DNA from: Schmidtea nova
Taxonomy: Eukaryota
Assembly: GCA_044892505.1 (NCBI GenBank)
Contig: CM097883.1
Coordinates: 23,188,001 to 23,252,000 of the forward strand
DNA: 64,000 bases
Reading direction: 5' to 3'
The position numbers were made by a program, and so were the translations under genes. The notes under the pieces were generated by a model. That model was not told where the DNA came from and did not search any database. It was given only the letters and a program-made list of their open reading frames with translations. Positions 13,191 through 27,090 of this stretch are shown piece by piece. Positions within the stretch are counted from its first letter, which is position 1. Every line of letters begins with the position of its first letter.

Positions 13191-13666
13191 GTTGTTGTGG
13201 CGCCTTTTTATAATTGTGCAACAAAAATAGTTATCTTGACATTTGTCAAGATAACCAAAAAATATTCTTTGGATTTGATAGTCACCATCCGCCATTATTT
13301 TGCGCAGAGTATTCGTCTAATAAATTCCACAAACGATAACATTAGTAGGGCGCATAAGTGCCACAAAATTTTAATTAATTAATTATAATAATTATTACGA
13401 TTAATGGTATTAGTATTATTAGTATTATTACGATCATTATTATTATTTTTAATATTACTATTAATATTATCCTCATCAATATTATTGTTATTTTTAGTAT
13501 TGGTATTATTATTCATTATTTTTATTATTTTATTATTAGTAGTATTATAAGTGTCATGAGAGTTAAAGCAAAATTGGTATTAGAAAGATACAGTAGAAAA
13601 TGATAAATAGAAAAATAATATATATCACAGATGTTTAAGATAAATAGTTAATTAAATTAATAATTA

Positions 13667-14527
13667 TGTTAGGGTTCGAGATCATAGGATTTCGATTTTA
13701 TAGAATTTTATAGATAAGGAATAAGTTTAGTGATAAATAATTACTATAAATAAAATATAGTAATAATTAAATGGTATAAATAAAATATTGTAATTAACAA
13801 TTACTATAAATAGATAAATAATAATTATAGGAATAAATAAATATATGATAGATTTAAATAGTAATAATAATAATAATAAATTACTTTAAATAAAAAATAT
13901 AATAATTATAGATATTTTTAAAGGCAGTGGTAAAACACCACCGCAGTTTTGAGACATGATTGTGAGCGTGGTAGTGTGCAAACCTACTATCGTTCAAATT
14001 ATATATAAACTGATTGTTAAATCAGTTAGAGAAAAAATTTAAGTTTCAGTTTCAGCGTAGTTTTCAAGAGTGAATTTTTAGAAATAACACGAGAATTTTT
14101 GTTGAGATAATTTTTCAGAAGTTTCACAGAACAAGAAGAATTTTAGAAGAATTTTTACTTATATCATTGGAATAAATTAGCTGGTAAATTTTAGTTTCTA
14201 TAATATCATTAATCGATCACGGGGTAATAGTTATCTTACTATTTTTCCCCTTCAGTCAAAATTAATAAAAAGCCAACAAAAAACATATTAGAAGGGTATT
14301 TATTAGGATACAGTGATAACCATTTCTGGGTTATCACCATAGCGTAAACTACCGGGAATCCCTTATCTTTTGTCCTATCTTTTAGTCGGAGCTGTTGAGC
14401 CTTTTAGGTCCATCTAACTTTAGCTTTGCAGCCATTTTTGTTATCTATTTTGTACATTGTTATACATATATCACAATAAATCTTATTAAAAAGAATTAGT
14501 TTTATTATCTTTACACACAACCTAACA
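13667..14527 (+). mobile_element. Probable solo LTR (861 bp)
   Basis: Inverted termini TGTTAGG...CCTAACA; AATAAA and TTTTATT near the 3' end. No clear TSD. Confidence 0.55.
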
Positions 14528-14678
14528 CATATATTTTATTTATAATTAAATAGGCATATTATCGTTTGAAGTCCGATAATCAAATTAAAGTTATCTATAA
14601 TCGAATAAATTTTTCTGTGTTCGTCGTAACCACTGATACGAACCGAACAATTAATTAAAATAGAGGGCTACTTAAAAC

Positions 14679-15922
14679 CAGGCCCGGCTCTAGTGGTGCT
14701 GGCGCCCCGATGCAACTTTTTGTTACGCACTTTTTATAGGAATTTATGTCATAAATAAAACTTAAATTTCACAGTTAAGTATTATAATTTTATTATTAAA
14801 ATGATTTACTGTATAATTAAACATTAATTCATAAAAAAAATAAACAGAAATCTTATATATATAAATTAGAAAACCACAATGTTTCATTTAAAATTTTATT
14901 TTTCTTGCTTTTATGGAAGCAAATTCATCCAATACATCATTAATTTTGATTTTGTCACAGATATCGCTTTCAATAGCAATCAAAGACAGGCCAACTAGTC
15001 TTTCTTGAGAAATGGCTGAGCGTAAATAATTCTTAATTAGTTTAAGTCTGGAAAATGATCTTTCGCCAGCTGCTACTGAGACTGGTAGTGTTAATAATAT
15101 TCACAAAGATACAACTATATTTGGAAATATATCAAATAAATCATTTGAATAAATAAACTGCAATATATCTAATGGATCAAAACTATTAAGTTGAGTTATG
15201 GTGTCTTTAAATATACACAGTTCGTTACATAATTCTGAAGAACTTAACACATTATGTAAATCTGTACATTTATTTCTTAGTATCTCATTATCCAAATTAT
15301 AAAATTTATGAGAAATTGAAACTTTTCGGCATGACTATTCATAAGTTCAAATCTTTCGACTATTGAGTTAATTGCACTGTCAACAATTGGAAGAAAAAAT
15401 GAAATTTTATAGTTTTTTTCCGGGTCTGTCGGACTTTCATCTCGACATTCGTAGTTAAACATACATTTTTTACGCCTACGTAATGGAGTTTCTTTAAATT
15501 GAGGAGCTATGTCAATATCATGTGCCAAAATTGTAGCTTTTTTAAGTATATTATTGAAATTTTCATCTAAACGAAATTTTTTTAAAAAAGTTATTAAATT
15601 ATTTAAACTATTTGTTGATTCATTTAGGTTGGTTCTTGAAGATTGAAACATCTTGCTCACAACATTAATCCTGCTTAAAATGTCGTACCAAATTATCAGC
15701 GAACAAACAAATTAGTAGTCAAGCTTCAATGCCAAAGATTTATCTTCAGATTTTGTGTTGTTGTCATTTCTATCATTATCATGGATGGCAAGTAAAGCGT
15801 CTAAAAAAATTTTTAATTTGAAAAAAAAATAATTTTCATTTAAATTTTGGATTTTAGCGCCCTTTGTTCGTGTAGTGCCCCGATGCTTTACATCTTCTGC
15901 TTCATCAATAAAGTCGGACTTG
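14679..15922 (-). mobile_element. Internally deleted hAT element with 8-bp TSD
   Basis: TSD CTTAAAAC at 14671-14678 and 15923-15930; imperfect TIRs CAGGCCCGGCTCTA / CAAGTCCGACTTTA; transposase C-terminal fragments including the hATC motif (LPVSVAAGERSFSRLKLIKNYLRS). Confidence 0.9.
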
Positions 15923-15966
15923 CTTAAAACTAAGGTTCCAAAAAAAAATTATCATTACGATTTAAA

Positions 15967-15976
<10 letters not shown>

Positions 15977-16029
<53 letters not shown>
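15977..16029. repeat. (TA)n microsatellite
   Basis: Direct reading; similar tracts near 27562-27599 and 52979-53015. Confidence 0.95.
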
Positions 16030-16031
<2 letters not shown>

Positions 16032-17139
16032 TGTGTCAGTATGTGTATATATATAGTATTGCTCTTAAATTTAAGGGCTGTTATACTAAATTGTCTAGTT
16101 CTAGGAGAACAAATTTAAAGAAATCAACTGAGCATAACTTAAATATTTAAATTCGATGAAGATTTTTTTTAAAGGAGGGAGAAATGTTGAGGATACCTAA
16201 AATACAAAATAATATAAAAATAATAAAATTACCTGGGGGAAAAACAGTCATGACGAAGGAGACGGTCAATGGGAACACAGAAAAGAAAACGGAAATAAAA
16301 AGAAATGAGAAAGAAGAATCAAACAAAAGAAATTAAACAGAAAATCAAAACGAAGGTCAGCACTAATTTATTAGTGCAAAAGAGAAAGTAATTTTAAAAT
16401 GGGAAAAAACAAAATAATTACAATAATCTTATCTCCACAGCTTGTCGAAGATAACGGGAAGAGAAATAAAACAGCCAAGAGCGGCAAAAAGGAAAAACCG
16501 AAATTATCTAGACAGCTGTCATAGATAATACGGGAATTGGGAGAAAAAACGAGATGGCCGGGAGTCAAAATAGAAAAAGGCAGAATTATCTCAAGTGCTA
16601 TAAAATTAGACGATATATAAAAGGAGAGACACTGCAGAAGCAGTCAGAAGATTTTAGACCGAACATTTGCCGGGAGAAAATCACGAGAGACAATAAAACA
16701 GAACATTTCCGACAGACGGTTGAAGAAAAATACAGAGAAAATCATTGGAGAAATTGAAGGATTGTGTGAAGCCAGAGGAAATTGGAAGAGAAGTTTAGAG
16801 AATAATTTGAAGAAAATCCGACGAAATATTTAATCGGAAATAAAGGACGTAACAGAAAATTGAATTAAACCCGTTATCATCGATTAATAATCGAGTAAAA
16901 CTCAACCAGTAAATCCAAGTCAAACCCAGAAGACAACCAGCTAAATTACCAATTGTAATACCCCTCAGTGGTGAGTGATCGTTCGAACCAAGATTATACA
17001 AAGTGCTATTCTTCACCATCGTGTCGTAATAAGCACCATATAATCAGTTGTTGGTCTGTTGATTTTGGTCAATTCAATGTTAAAGAAAATAGTTGTGATA
17101 TTCAATAAAGTTTCCAGTGTTAATTGTTATTGTTGTCAA

Positions 17140-17212
17140 TTTAAAGACACGCTTTGGAGTCAGACATTTGATTGGTAGCTTTTACCATTTCACCAACAAC
17201 CCCAGAACCCAA
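17140..17212 (+). repeat. LTR 3'-end fragment of the family at 12533-12574
   Basis: ACCATTTCACCAACAACCCCAGAACCCAACA is shared with the 12.55 and 54.39 kb copies; GCTTTGGAGTCAGACATTTGAT is shared with 26746-26770. Confidence 0.7.
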
Positions 17213-17243
17213 CATTATTATTATGTATTATTATGTATTATTA

Positions 17244-17300
<57 letters not shown>

Positions 17301-17435
17301 CAATAATTCTCATAATGACTATAGATCAAAATTTTTTTTTTTTTATAAAAAAAAAAAATTTTGATCTATAGTCATTATGAGAATTATTGATAATAATAAT
17401 AAAAAAAGATCAAAGGTGAAAAAAGATAATTATGA

Positions 17436-17475
<40 letters not shown>
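17213..17475. mobile_element. Penelope-like pLTR tail hairpin embedded in (ATT)n
   Basis: Near-perfect inverted repeat centred at 17345-17346; the arm sequence matches the 3' tail of the GIY-YIG element at 61.2-62.2 kb; (ATT)n on both sides. Confidence 0.75.
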
Positions 17476-17599
17476 CAAATTATTCTTTACTTACCTTTGT
17501 TAATCTTGCAGCTTAATTGCTTTGGCTTTATTAAACTTGCACTTACAATGCCATGTGCGTCACTTAATAATTAACTCAGTCTTTGAATATATTTGAGCT

Positions 17600-17772
17600 A
17601 CTTAAACCATAAATTTGACGTTAAAATCACCTTAAATCGACCTTGACCCACTTTTTCTTACCTTTAAGTGCCCTTTAGCGAAAATTTAACCTTAGTGTCC
17701 TTAAATTGACCTTCGTAAAAAAATTTTCTAGGGGGTCGTGACCTATATCTTATGGGCTCACATCCTACTACT
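17600..17772. mobile_element. Isolated Polinton-type terminus
   Basis: Ends in CTACTACT (reverse complement AGTAGTAG), preceded by an A-tract, TTCTAG and a G-tract, the same layout as the 48966 terminus; subterminal GACCTT repeats. Confidence 0.55.
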
Positions 17773-18317
17773 GCAAGACGAGGAAAGATCACACAATTTT
17801 CTGATTTAAAAACTGAGACTAATGATTTTGGAGCAACATCAAAATGTATTTATAGTAATGGCGGGTTGTTGATCGTCAATATGACCTTGACGTTGCTATA
17901 GCTCGTATCAACAACTCAACATACAAAACATTGAAATAACTATCTAGTTGCCCGTCACAATGTAACGTTGGTAATGCAACAAATGGGTGGGTATTCGCAA
18001 TCAGTGAGCGTCGTCAATACGAAACTATGATTGACCGAATATCTCCTGGGTCCAAGGGCTACCGATACAAGGTTTAATGCCCAGTTTGTCCCTCCTATGC
18101 ATTATTTACTTTCAAAAATCATGAGTTATATCGAACTAAATTTACTACTAAACCTCAGTTGATTTTATTCAATTTATTCCCTTCAAGCATTCAAACAAAT
18201 AAATATTTCAAACACAAAAGAAAAATATGTAATTAATGTCAACAAAACAATAACATAAACTACAAAGTATGGTAATAAATATATCATTTGTTTGATTTAA
18301 ATCACAATAGCGTAATG

Positions 18318-18863
18318 TCAATCACTTCTGAGGACTCTGCGGATTTGCCCCAGCAATCTCGCTTCCTGACGACGTCTTCGTCGAGCCCTCACTCCTTTGT
18401 TGGGTTTCTGTCGTGTCATTTTTACTGGAACCGGAGGTGTCAGGATCTCATCTTCGACCCTCACTGGGAACAATTCTTGAGGTGCACATGAAGATTTCGG
18501 CAAGATGGCAGTTATAATGCCGCTATCCACCCTCAATTTCTCGATCAAGAGCTCCTGCTCCCGCATCGCAACACGGCATGCTCACAATCTCATTGCGTCT
18601 TCTGCAGCCTGTTGTAGAAGCATCTGGTTCTGCTTCTTCAGTTTGTCGACAGTCTTCTTGTCGGACCAAGTCGACTCCATATCTCTGCACCGCGCTCGAA
18701 ATTTCTCCATCCGGGAGGTCATAATTTGCAACGCGTCAGAGTTTGATGTTTTCGCCTTTTCCATCTCGGCAAAGCACTGATCTACCCGGCGATTATGTCG
18801 GGCATTTTCCAAAATCAACCGGTGCATCTCCTCAAATTTTTGTTCCATGTTCATTTCTGACAT
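18318..18863 (-). pseudogene. Frameshifted coiled-coil plus Arg-rich accessory ORF of a Gypsy-associated repeat
   Basis: Two ORFs (93 and 82 aa) join by a frameshift; TTTTAG acceptor just before the ATG; the C-terminus and the adjacent 17860-18090 block are homologous to 2230-2900 in inverted orientation. Confidence 0.55.
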
Positions 18864-20724
18864 CTAAAATCACACATTCAAAACACATTTAAGTCATCAT
18901 CTAACATTGTAATTTCATTTTAAATATTCATTTTAAATTAGTAAGATAAAAATAATTTTAACGATGAACATTTATTGATTTTTAACAACCAACTATTATA
19001 CACAAAATTTATCTAAAAACACGGATTTTTACACATTCATTATTAATTACAAGCTTATCCTCAAGTATACCATCGCCAACTCAATTCAGGAATCGAAAAA
19101 TCTTTGATCCATCACATAATTCGGGGTATACGATGTCTGTTCATTTTAACTAAATTTTTATTATTTTCAAGATTTTCTAAATTTGCATGTTTTTGTGTCA
19201 GAGAATTTAACGAAATTTTTACTTATCCCCTATACTTAGTGTCTATCTTGCTTTATAAGTTTAATTATGTTTATTAAAATTTAATGATTTTAACATTTGA
19301 ATTCTCACCGAGGCATTGGCAACGGTATCAATATAAACTGCCTAAATATTAAGTAAATTTGATTTTATTAATATCTTTTAATTCCGAATATTTCCTATAT
19401 TTGCTAATTCTAAATTTAATTTTATTCTAGGAAACTCAACTCGAATCAGGATACCCCTGAAAACGACGCCGTTCCAACGCAAAAAAGAGAAACTATATAA
19501 ACGCCAAGCAAAAATTACACGATTTTCATTGGTTATTTCACATTATGGGATTTTCGAATCCCATAATATATTCATTGATTTTTAATTCCTATTTTTAGGA
19601 ATGGATTCCCCTTACGAAAATTCGTCGTTGGTAAGTTATTTTTAATTTTCCTGCAATTTTATAGTTATCATTTGTTTCTTTAAGCCACTTGAAAACTCTC
19701 AATTCAATGCTGATTCCGGAAATTACATCAGTCGGTTGAACAAGGTCTCCTATCAGAGTAAAAGTAATATTTCGTAATTTATTACATAATTCAGATTTAT
19801 CGTTATTTAAGTTTTAGAAGTTGCCCTGATGAAATCAATTTCTCGTCTGGGATGAAAATTAGCTATACAATGAGGGACTTAGTAAGTGAATCCGAATCTT
19901 TTCACATGCGTACTACTAGTTCCTGCACTCCTCCGGATTCGAATAGCGATTTTAGTCAATTGGATTTTTCCGTTCTTTCTCACTGTGATTTTCCTCATTT
20001 AATCATTCAATGAAACTATGATCGTGGATTTATTTATGGAATTTTTTCTACTTGTGATGTGAAGTTTCGAACCCGATTTTAGTCAGATAACTATAGTAAG
20101 TAGATGTTGTCGAAATGCTATATTTTGATAAATAAAGTGTTTACTATTTGGATGTTTTCTTTTCTTAAGCTAATAACGTTTATTATGCATTACCTTTCTA
20201 CTATTGTCATTAGCACTTTTAGTTTAGAATGATACAATTGGAAAGTGATGTTTTTAGGAGTTAGAACTGGGGAAGTTAATATTCAAACCCGAAATATTAT
20301 TGAATAATAGTCCGAGAAGCTTGACATACTTCAACCTTTTCACATGAACAGTTAGCCAATAATTTTACTAAGAGTCGGAAAAAATTCGATTTGTAATCAG
20401 TTTGTTGGTATAAGAATTTGGCTTTCTAAATAGGTAGTGAGAAAGTTAGGGTATTACATTGAAAGGTGAAAAATGGGGTAAGAAGCTGACATTGCCACCT
20501 GGATGCAGATTGCTGCTGTTAGGTATGTTTAGCAAAGGAAGGTGAACTGATCTCGATAAATATGTAGAGGATACAGATTGTTGAATACAATGATCGGGGG
20601 TGGTTTGTGAATAGACATGTTGTGTTTTATAATGCAATTTCTATATGGGATGTCGTTTTTTGTTGTGGTATGGGGGGATTTAGTGATTGTAAGTTTGTGT
20701 GTATGTATATATTATGTATATATC

Positions 20725-21326
20725 AAATGATATGTATATTACTAGGGTTTAAAATTTTTGAATCTTGCACTTTTCAAGGGTACGACCATTGTGTGCACAT
20801 CTCAATTAGCTTTTGTTTGATACACATATTATATATTTTAGACCCTTTAAAGGTTTAGCACCCACCATACACCTTCGAGGGTATGACCATCTTACCTACC
20901 TCTCAAATACCTTTCAAATGATATATGTATTATAAGGTTTGAAGGTTTTTGACCCTTTCAAGGTTCAGGACCTTCCATACACCTTTGAAAGTATGACCAT
21001 CATACTTACCTCTCAATTACCTTTTGTTTGATATATAACTTGTAAGTATTGTAAAAGGTTGAAGGTTTTTGACCCTTTGAAGGTTAATGACCCTCCATAG
21101 ACCTTCGAGGGTATGACCATTGAATAGACCTCTTCAAGACCTTTCGAATGATACCCTTGTTTGAAGGTTTGACCTTATTTGACCTTTGGAAATTTAAATT
21201 TAAAATTTGAAATGAGTCATCAATTACGTCATCAAAAAAAATCGGGGGTGGGTTACGAAAATTACGTAATCGATGACGTAATTTCCTTTGTTCTGCGATG
21301 AGTCATGCTCCTCATAACTATCTACT
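20725..21326 (+). mobile_element. Left-truncated diverged copy of the AGTAG-ended mini-element
   Basis: Aligns to 40205-40821 (GATATGTATATTACTAGGG..., 120-bp GACCCTTT repeats) and ends GTCATGCTCCTCATAACTATCTACT. Confidence 0.85.
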
Positions 21327-24232
21327 ATAAGTCTGAAATACATATCTTATTGTTATAATTTCAATGTGATTGTGTGTGTTTGTAAATTGAGAATAGTACT
21401 GCGGTAATAGGCGCTAAACAATGGATGTGATTATATGCATATTTGTGGGGATTGTCTGGATGTATGATGCTAGTGAACACTGAGATGAAATCACGTTGTG
21501 TATGTTGGTGAGTGGATGTATTGTTTAGGGTATTATTTAGCATAGAAGATCCTATTGATTGCAATGTGGTAGTGTGTGTGTTGGTAACTGAATGTATTTT
21601 GATTTGTATTAAGTATGGGTGTTACTAATGAATGAAATTGATGTAAGTTTTTGCAAAAAGGGATGCATTATGATTTTGTGATATCGTGGGGGGTATTTTA
21701 TAAGATAATATATATTTGTATACATAAAATATTTTTAGAGTTAAAATAATAATAGTAATTTTTATAATTTACAAATTTTTAATAAAATTTCTAATTTTTA
21801 TAATATACATTTTTTGAATTCAAATTTTTATATTTTAAGAATATATATATTAATCGTAAATTTTTTCTATGAAATTTCGAATTTGGAATTTTATAAAATG
21901 ATAAAATTTTTGATATAATACCAATATTTTCGATTTATAATTTTCAAGGGTTTCAATATAATTTCTGATTTACAAACTATTAGGAAAGTTTTTGGGTTGC
22001 AATTTTTCCATTATAAATTTTTCGCAAAGTAACAGAGAGTAAATTTTATTTTTATGATCAAAAACGAAATCTACATAATAATAAATTTTTATCCACGAAT
22101 TTCACAATCCAAATAAGAATTCAATCTAAAAATTCTATATACTAAAAAAAAATTAAATTAAAATAAATTAGAAAATTTTTCAAATGGTTTTCTACATCAA
22201 GTAAGGTGAATTTAGGTTTCGTTCGAACATGAATTTCCCAACCAAAGTGCGCGCAAAAATTTTCGAGACACTTCACTTAGGAACTTCTGGCTCCCGAAAA
22301 CAAGGTTACCTAGAGAAAATTATTTAGATAATGAATGAGGTTTAATTCAGATCAATCAATACTTGTCTTCATAATTCGTTTCATTTCGTGATCATTATAT
22401 CAGCTTTGAGCATTATTTCAAACGATTCTCTTTTCAATATTAGCTTTTTATTCTACTTGTGTTTTTCGGATAAGATGGTAATTATTGTGAGAGTGAAGGC
22501 GAATGACGAGTAGAATATTCTTGTACAATTAAACTATGTAAATGGAAAAAACATTGATGGATGAATTGAAATTTACGTTTTTATGTAGTATTAGGTTTTA
22601 AGTGCTCATTATGTAAAAAAAATTTAATCCAAATAAACTACACTACTATAAATTTTTGATCATTAATATAACACCTTGCCCTTGGCCAAGCCACTGTTCC
22701 CCAGTTGGGATGAAGTGATCATGGATGTTTGGGCGTATCACCTGAACTCGGAAATATGGGCTGATCGATTATGAATCGAACCAGCGATCCGCTCAGGCTA
22801 CTTCCACCCGCTCGGCACAAGGCCAGAAACAAGTTTTAAGGGGTATGGAAGAAAAAGAATTATTATTTTTATCTTTATGCAATAAATATTATTTAAAATA
22901 AATTGTAGTCTAATATGGGGATTTGTGACAGTTTTATATGGTTGAATTCAAAAATAAAAAAAAGAAATAATATTCATTTAATATTTTGTTCATTAAATAA
23001 AATAATATAACAATAATAACAATAATATAATAATCAAAATAAAATATTACCGGGTACGGGGTAATCGAAAAGGCATGATGTTCGATGACCCCGCACCGAA
23101 CAAGAAAATGATGCTTACCTATATAAATTCTTCCGGAAAATTTCGGTTTCAGAGTAAGATTTTAAAAAAAAATTTTCGACAAATTCTCTAAATTTTAAAA
23201 ATACAAAAATTTCGACTCAATTCTGATCTTTGCCATTTTGATGGCGGTATATATACCATCGATTTTGCATTACCTTCACTAGTGCAGTAAAACAAATTGT
23301 TCTAGAATGTTCTTTTTAATTTTTCTAAATTAATTCTAATGATTTTCCGAAAATTAAATCCATATTTTTTTGTAATCATTTTTTATAAAACACAAATAAT
23401 TTATTTTAATTCAAAATTTTTATTTTTGAATCGAAATTTGTTCGATTTGATTTAATTTACGATATTTCGATCAATATTAGTTCTTTTTGTTGTTAATGTG
23501 AAATTTTATGATAAAATCACAATTTTCTTCTAAATTTTGGTTAATTTTTTCTGCACTGAAGTTTTATGACACAATTCTGTTCTTTATGGGCATTTTCAAT
23601 GGGTTTTCCGCCTATTATAACTTTCAAACGTTCTTCTTTTGGCGATTTTAAATTTTTTCCGAGGTTTCAGTGTAAGGACTTGCAAATTCACAGCTAGCGC
23701 GTTCTCTACTGGTTGATGTGTTTGAGTCCACTTCACCTTTTTGACGTTTCTCACTTAACCACGTCGGTTTTTTATGAATGTTTGGGTTAAAATTGGATCT
23801 TGCGCGCTCTCTACTTACGGGGTTACTGCTTTATTAAAACAATTCGTAGTTTTTGCCCAACAGTAACAAGAGGGTCTATTCGTTTTCGTGCCTGTAGTGC
23901 CTCAGTCATTTATATATTAGTATCATATTTTTTATATATAGAAATTCAATTAAAAATTAAGAAAAATAATTAAAATATTATATCATTATATATATAAAGA
24001 TAAAAAACGATTGTTTAAATAACTAAAAAGGACATTTTTTTCTCTTTTTCAAAACTTAGAAGGAAGAAAAGACAAATCTAATTCGACGATTTCAGAACAG
24101 TTCCAAAAAATACAATTACAAAATACAATCCAAAAATCAACAATTTCAGAAGTACATAATTCGAAGAAATAACGACCATTGGACTTGAATAAATGTTTAC
24201 GTATTTTTTAGATTTATTGATTTTTATTTCAG

Positions 24233-24577
24233 TAGCTAAAAATGGTGTCAGAAATACTGGCAATAATTACTCAAATACAACTTATCGCAAAGAACTCTCT
24301 CCAGCATCAGAGAGTGTATATCTTAACATCTTATCTACACCTGAACAATATGTCATGGGACAAAGATTCACAATGCAATGCAAAGATAATCCAAAAGTCG
24401 CAGACACCAGATACTCTTAGTACAAGAACAGTCGATTAATCAGCAAGGACAAGAGCGTCACATTCGACCAAGTGAGAAGAGAAAATTTCGCTTCATTCAA
24501 ATATATTATCAAAAGAATTGCTGAAACTGGCCCTACAATGGAATTACAAACATCGACTTTCCAACAAGCATCAGCAC
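24233..24577 (+). pseudogene. Decayed immunoglobulin-like domain exon
   Basis: TTTCAG acceptor, then ...GQRFTMQCKDNPKVADTRYS*YKNSRLISKDKSVTFDQVRRENFASFKY. The core Trp codon appears as TAG and the second Cys as TAT. Confidence 0.55.
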
Positions 24578-27090
24578 GTATTTTTTATTATATTATTTTA
24601 TATAAAATGATATTCATATTTATACTTAATATATATCATATTTATAATATTAATTTATTAATTCTATTTTATTATAAATTTATTTGTAAAACGTTTTTGC
24701 CCATATTCACCATTTTAACACTAAACCACATCCAAAACAATTATTTTTCCCCACAATTGCAGCCATTTTATTAAATTTTATTTTATCATGAATTTATTTA
24801 TAAAATTATTATATCATTTACACCTACCTCGTCCATATTCCCCATTTTAACGGCAAACCGCACCATCATCCAAAAAAAGAGACAACCCAAAACAACTATT
24901 CTTTCCCCATAACTGCCTCCATCACACCAATCTATATTCTTATACGTTTCAACAAAAAAATACGCCAAATCGTTGTCACCTCTGACTTATACTCAGACAT
25001 CGCTACATCGCTCTTCATTGGTAAGAGTTCCTTCTACCTATCGCTCAATGGTTGTTTAATCTCGACTTCCACCCTATTCCAAGCTAATTCAATATTAGAC
25101 GCTAACTCCCGCATTCACGGAGGTGTCCGACCTCCTACAGAACCGATTTCTTCAGCCGGCTCCCGTACCATACTGTTTTTCCTAGATCAAGACGGCACAC
25201 CTTCTCGTGGTTTCGTATTTTTGAAGCCTTTCAATTAAAAAACATTTTTAGTCAATATACTTTTGTCAATGTTTGTACAATAATATTTTTCAATATATTA
25301 TTTTTGCCCTCAATGTTTTACTTTTACTTCTACATGAGTTTCAATTTTTGACTAAAAACTGGTTTTTAATTTTCAATTCGACTTATACATGAGTTTTTTT
25401 ATTGAAAATCGAAGGTAACTTATTGATTATTATAAACATTTTTTTCTTTTTATTATTTGGGTATATCATTCTAAGGAAATGACTCTTATAATGAATTTCT
25501 CTAAATTTCACTTCTTCGGCTAACTGGCAAATGCTAATGAAATGAGTTTTATATACTAAACTTAATCCCATCAATTACTGTGGACACTAATAAAACCCCA
25601 GCAATAATACTGATTTTGACATGCTAATTCTTCTTTTCTACGGGTATTTTGACAAGTAATTTTCCGGCTTGTCTAATCTGACACTGCCTCTTTCTGCACA
25701 ATGATTGATGAGATTACCCTAATGAATAATGAGGTCAATTGTTAAATTAGTATTTATGCTTTTGCCCCTCCCAGGATCTCCAGTTGTTTTTAAAACTACC
25801 CTCTTAACCGGAAATAACACAGTAGTATTCGTTTTTAACTCTCATTTTGACATCGATTATCATTTTCTTTTGTAAGATATTGAATTTTACCCTTTTTGAA
25901 ATTTTAATTAATTCGATTCTCTTAAATTTTTAGCGTTTATGTATAACCACTACAAAACCAATCATTGGCAGCTGCAGTTTTAACACCAAAACCAACATCA
26001 TACACAGCGACTGATAAAGTAAATGAGGGAAATCCACAATGTAGTATAACTCCAACAATGAATCAATTAATACCAAGATCACAAGTAAAACGCCACCAAT
26101 GAGAAATCCGAATAATAAGGACGTAAAAGCTTTTAGAGTATGCAAATCACACATTAAACGAACAATTATTCAATAACCAAGATATACTACATAGTAAAAT
26201 GCCTTTAAGTAAACATACAATAACTATAAAAACCTAAGCATAAGCATAACATGTTTACAAGTTACTTTCCAATATAAATACAAAATATAAATTTAACAAA
26301 TTTTAATATTGAATTAAAATTTCTAAATGCCATTAAAATTTATTGACATACATTTAATAGCAATACAAATTTTACTGTTAATTTTAAATATTTAAATCAT
26401 TTTTAAATATAAATCTAAAAATTCGTAAATTTAGTTATTAGATATTTCATTTATTTAATAAAATAACAAAGATTGAACTAAATTGCTTAATAATAATTAT
26501 TAATGGTTAAGCAATACTTACATTATTTCATTGATCTCATTTAAAATCCAGTACTATCAAATCAATTATATATAATTATAAATTATAATCATAACGACAT
26601 TATAAATTATAATTGTACGACAGACTTAAATTTATGCTCGATAAATAGAATTTTAAACAACCAAAGTAATAGTAAAACATTTTTAAAAAATTAGTTATAA
26701 TAAATCCTGGCAAAAAAAACAGGGTGACCCCTTTATGATTTAAAGGCACGCTTTGGAGTCAGACATTTGATAGAAATCATAAATTTATAATTTAAAATAA
26801 AAAATCGATAAACAATTACTATAGTAAATAAACTATAGAAATTTTCAAAAGTGAAAAAATCAAATAAGCAACTATTGAAATAATCTAAGATAAAATTAAC
26901 TAAAAGAAAATTGAATCAAATTAAAAATTGCCCAGAAAAGTGGAAAAATCGAAAAATAATGAAAAAAATTGGGTTTAAAAAAGCAAGAAAATTAACACGG
27001 AACACCAATCCTCCTAAATTCGAAATGCGAAAATTATGTCAATATATAAATTAGGAAAAGAAAAAGATTAAGAACTAAATACATTATATT

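Noticed and set aside
16079-17212. Complete solo LTR starting TGTTATA
   Set aside because: No TSD or matching inverted terminus; only the 3' end is supported.
17117-17574. Poly-Leu and poly-Ile ORFs (also 28665-29501)
   Set aside because: Translations of (ATT)n microsatellites.
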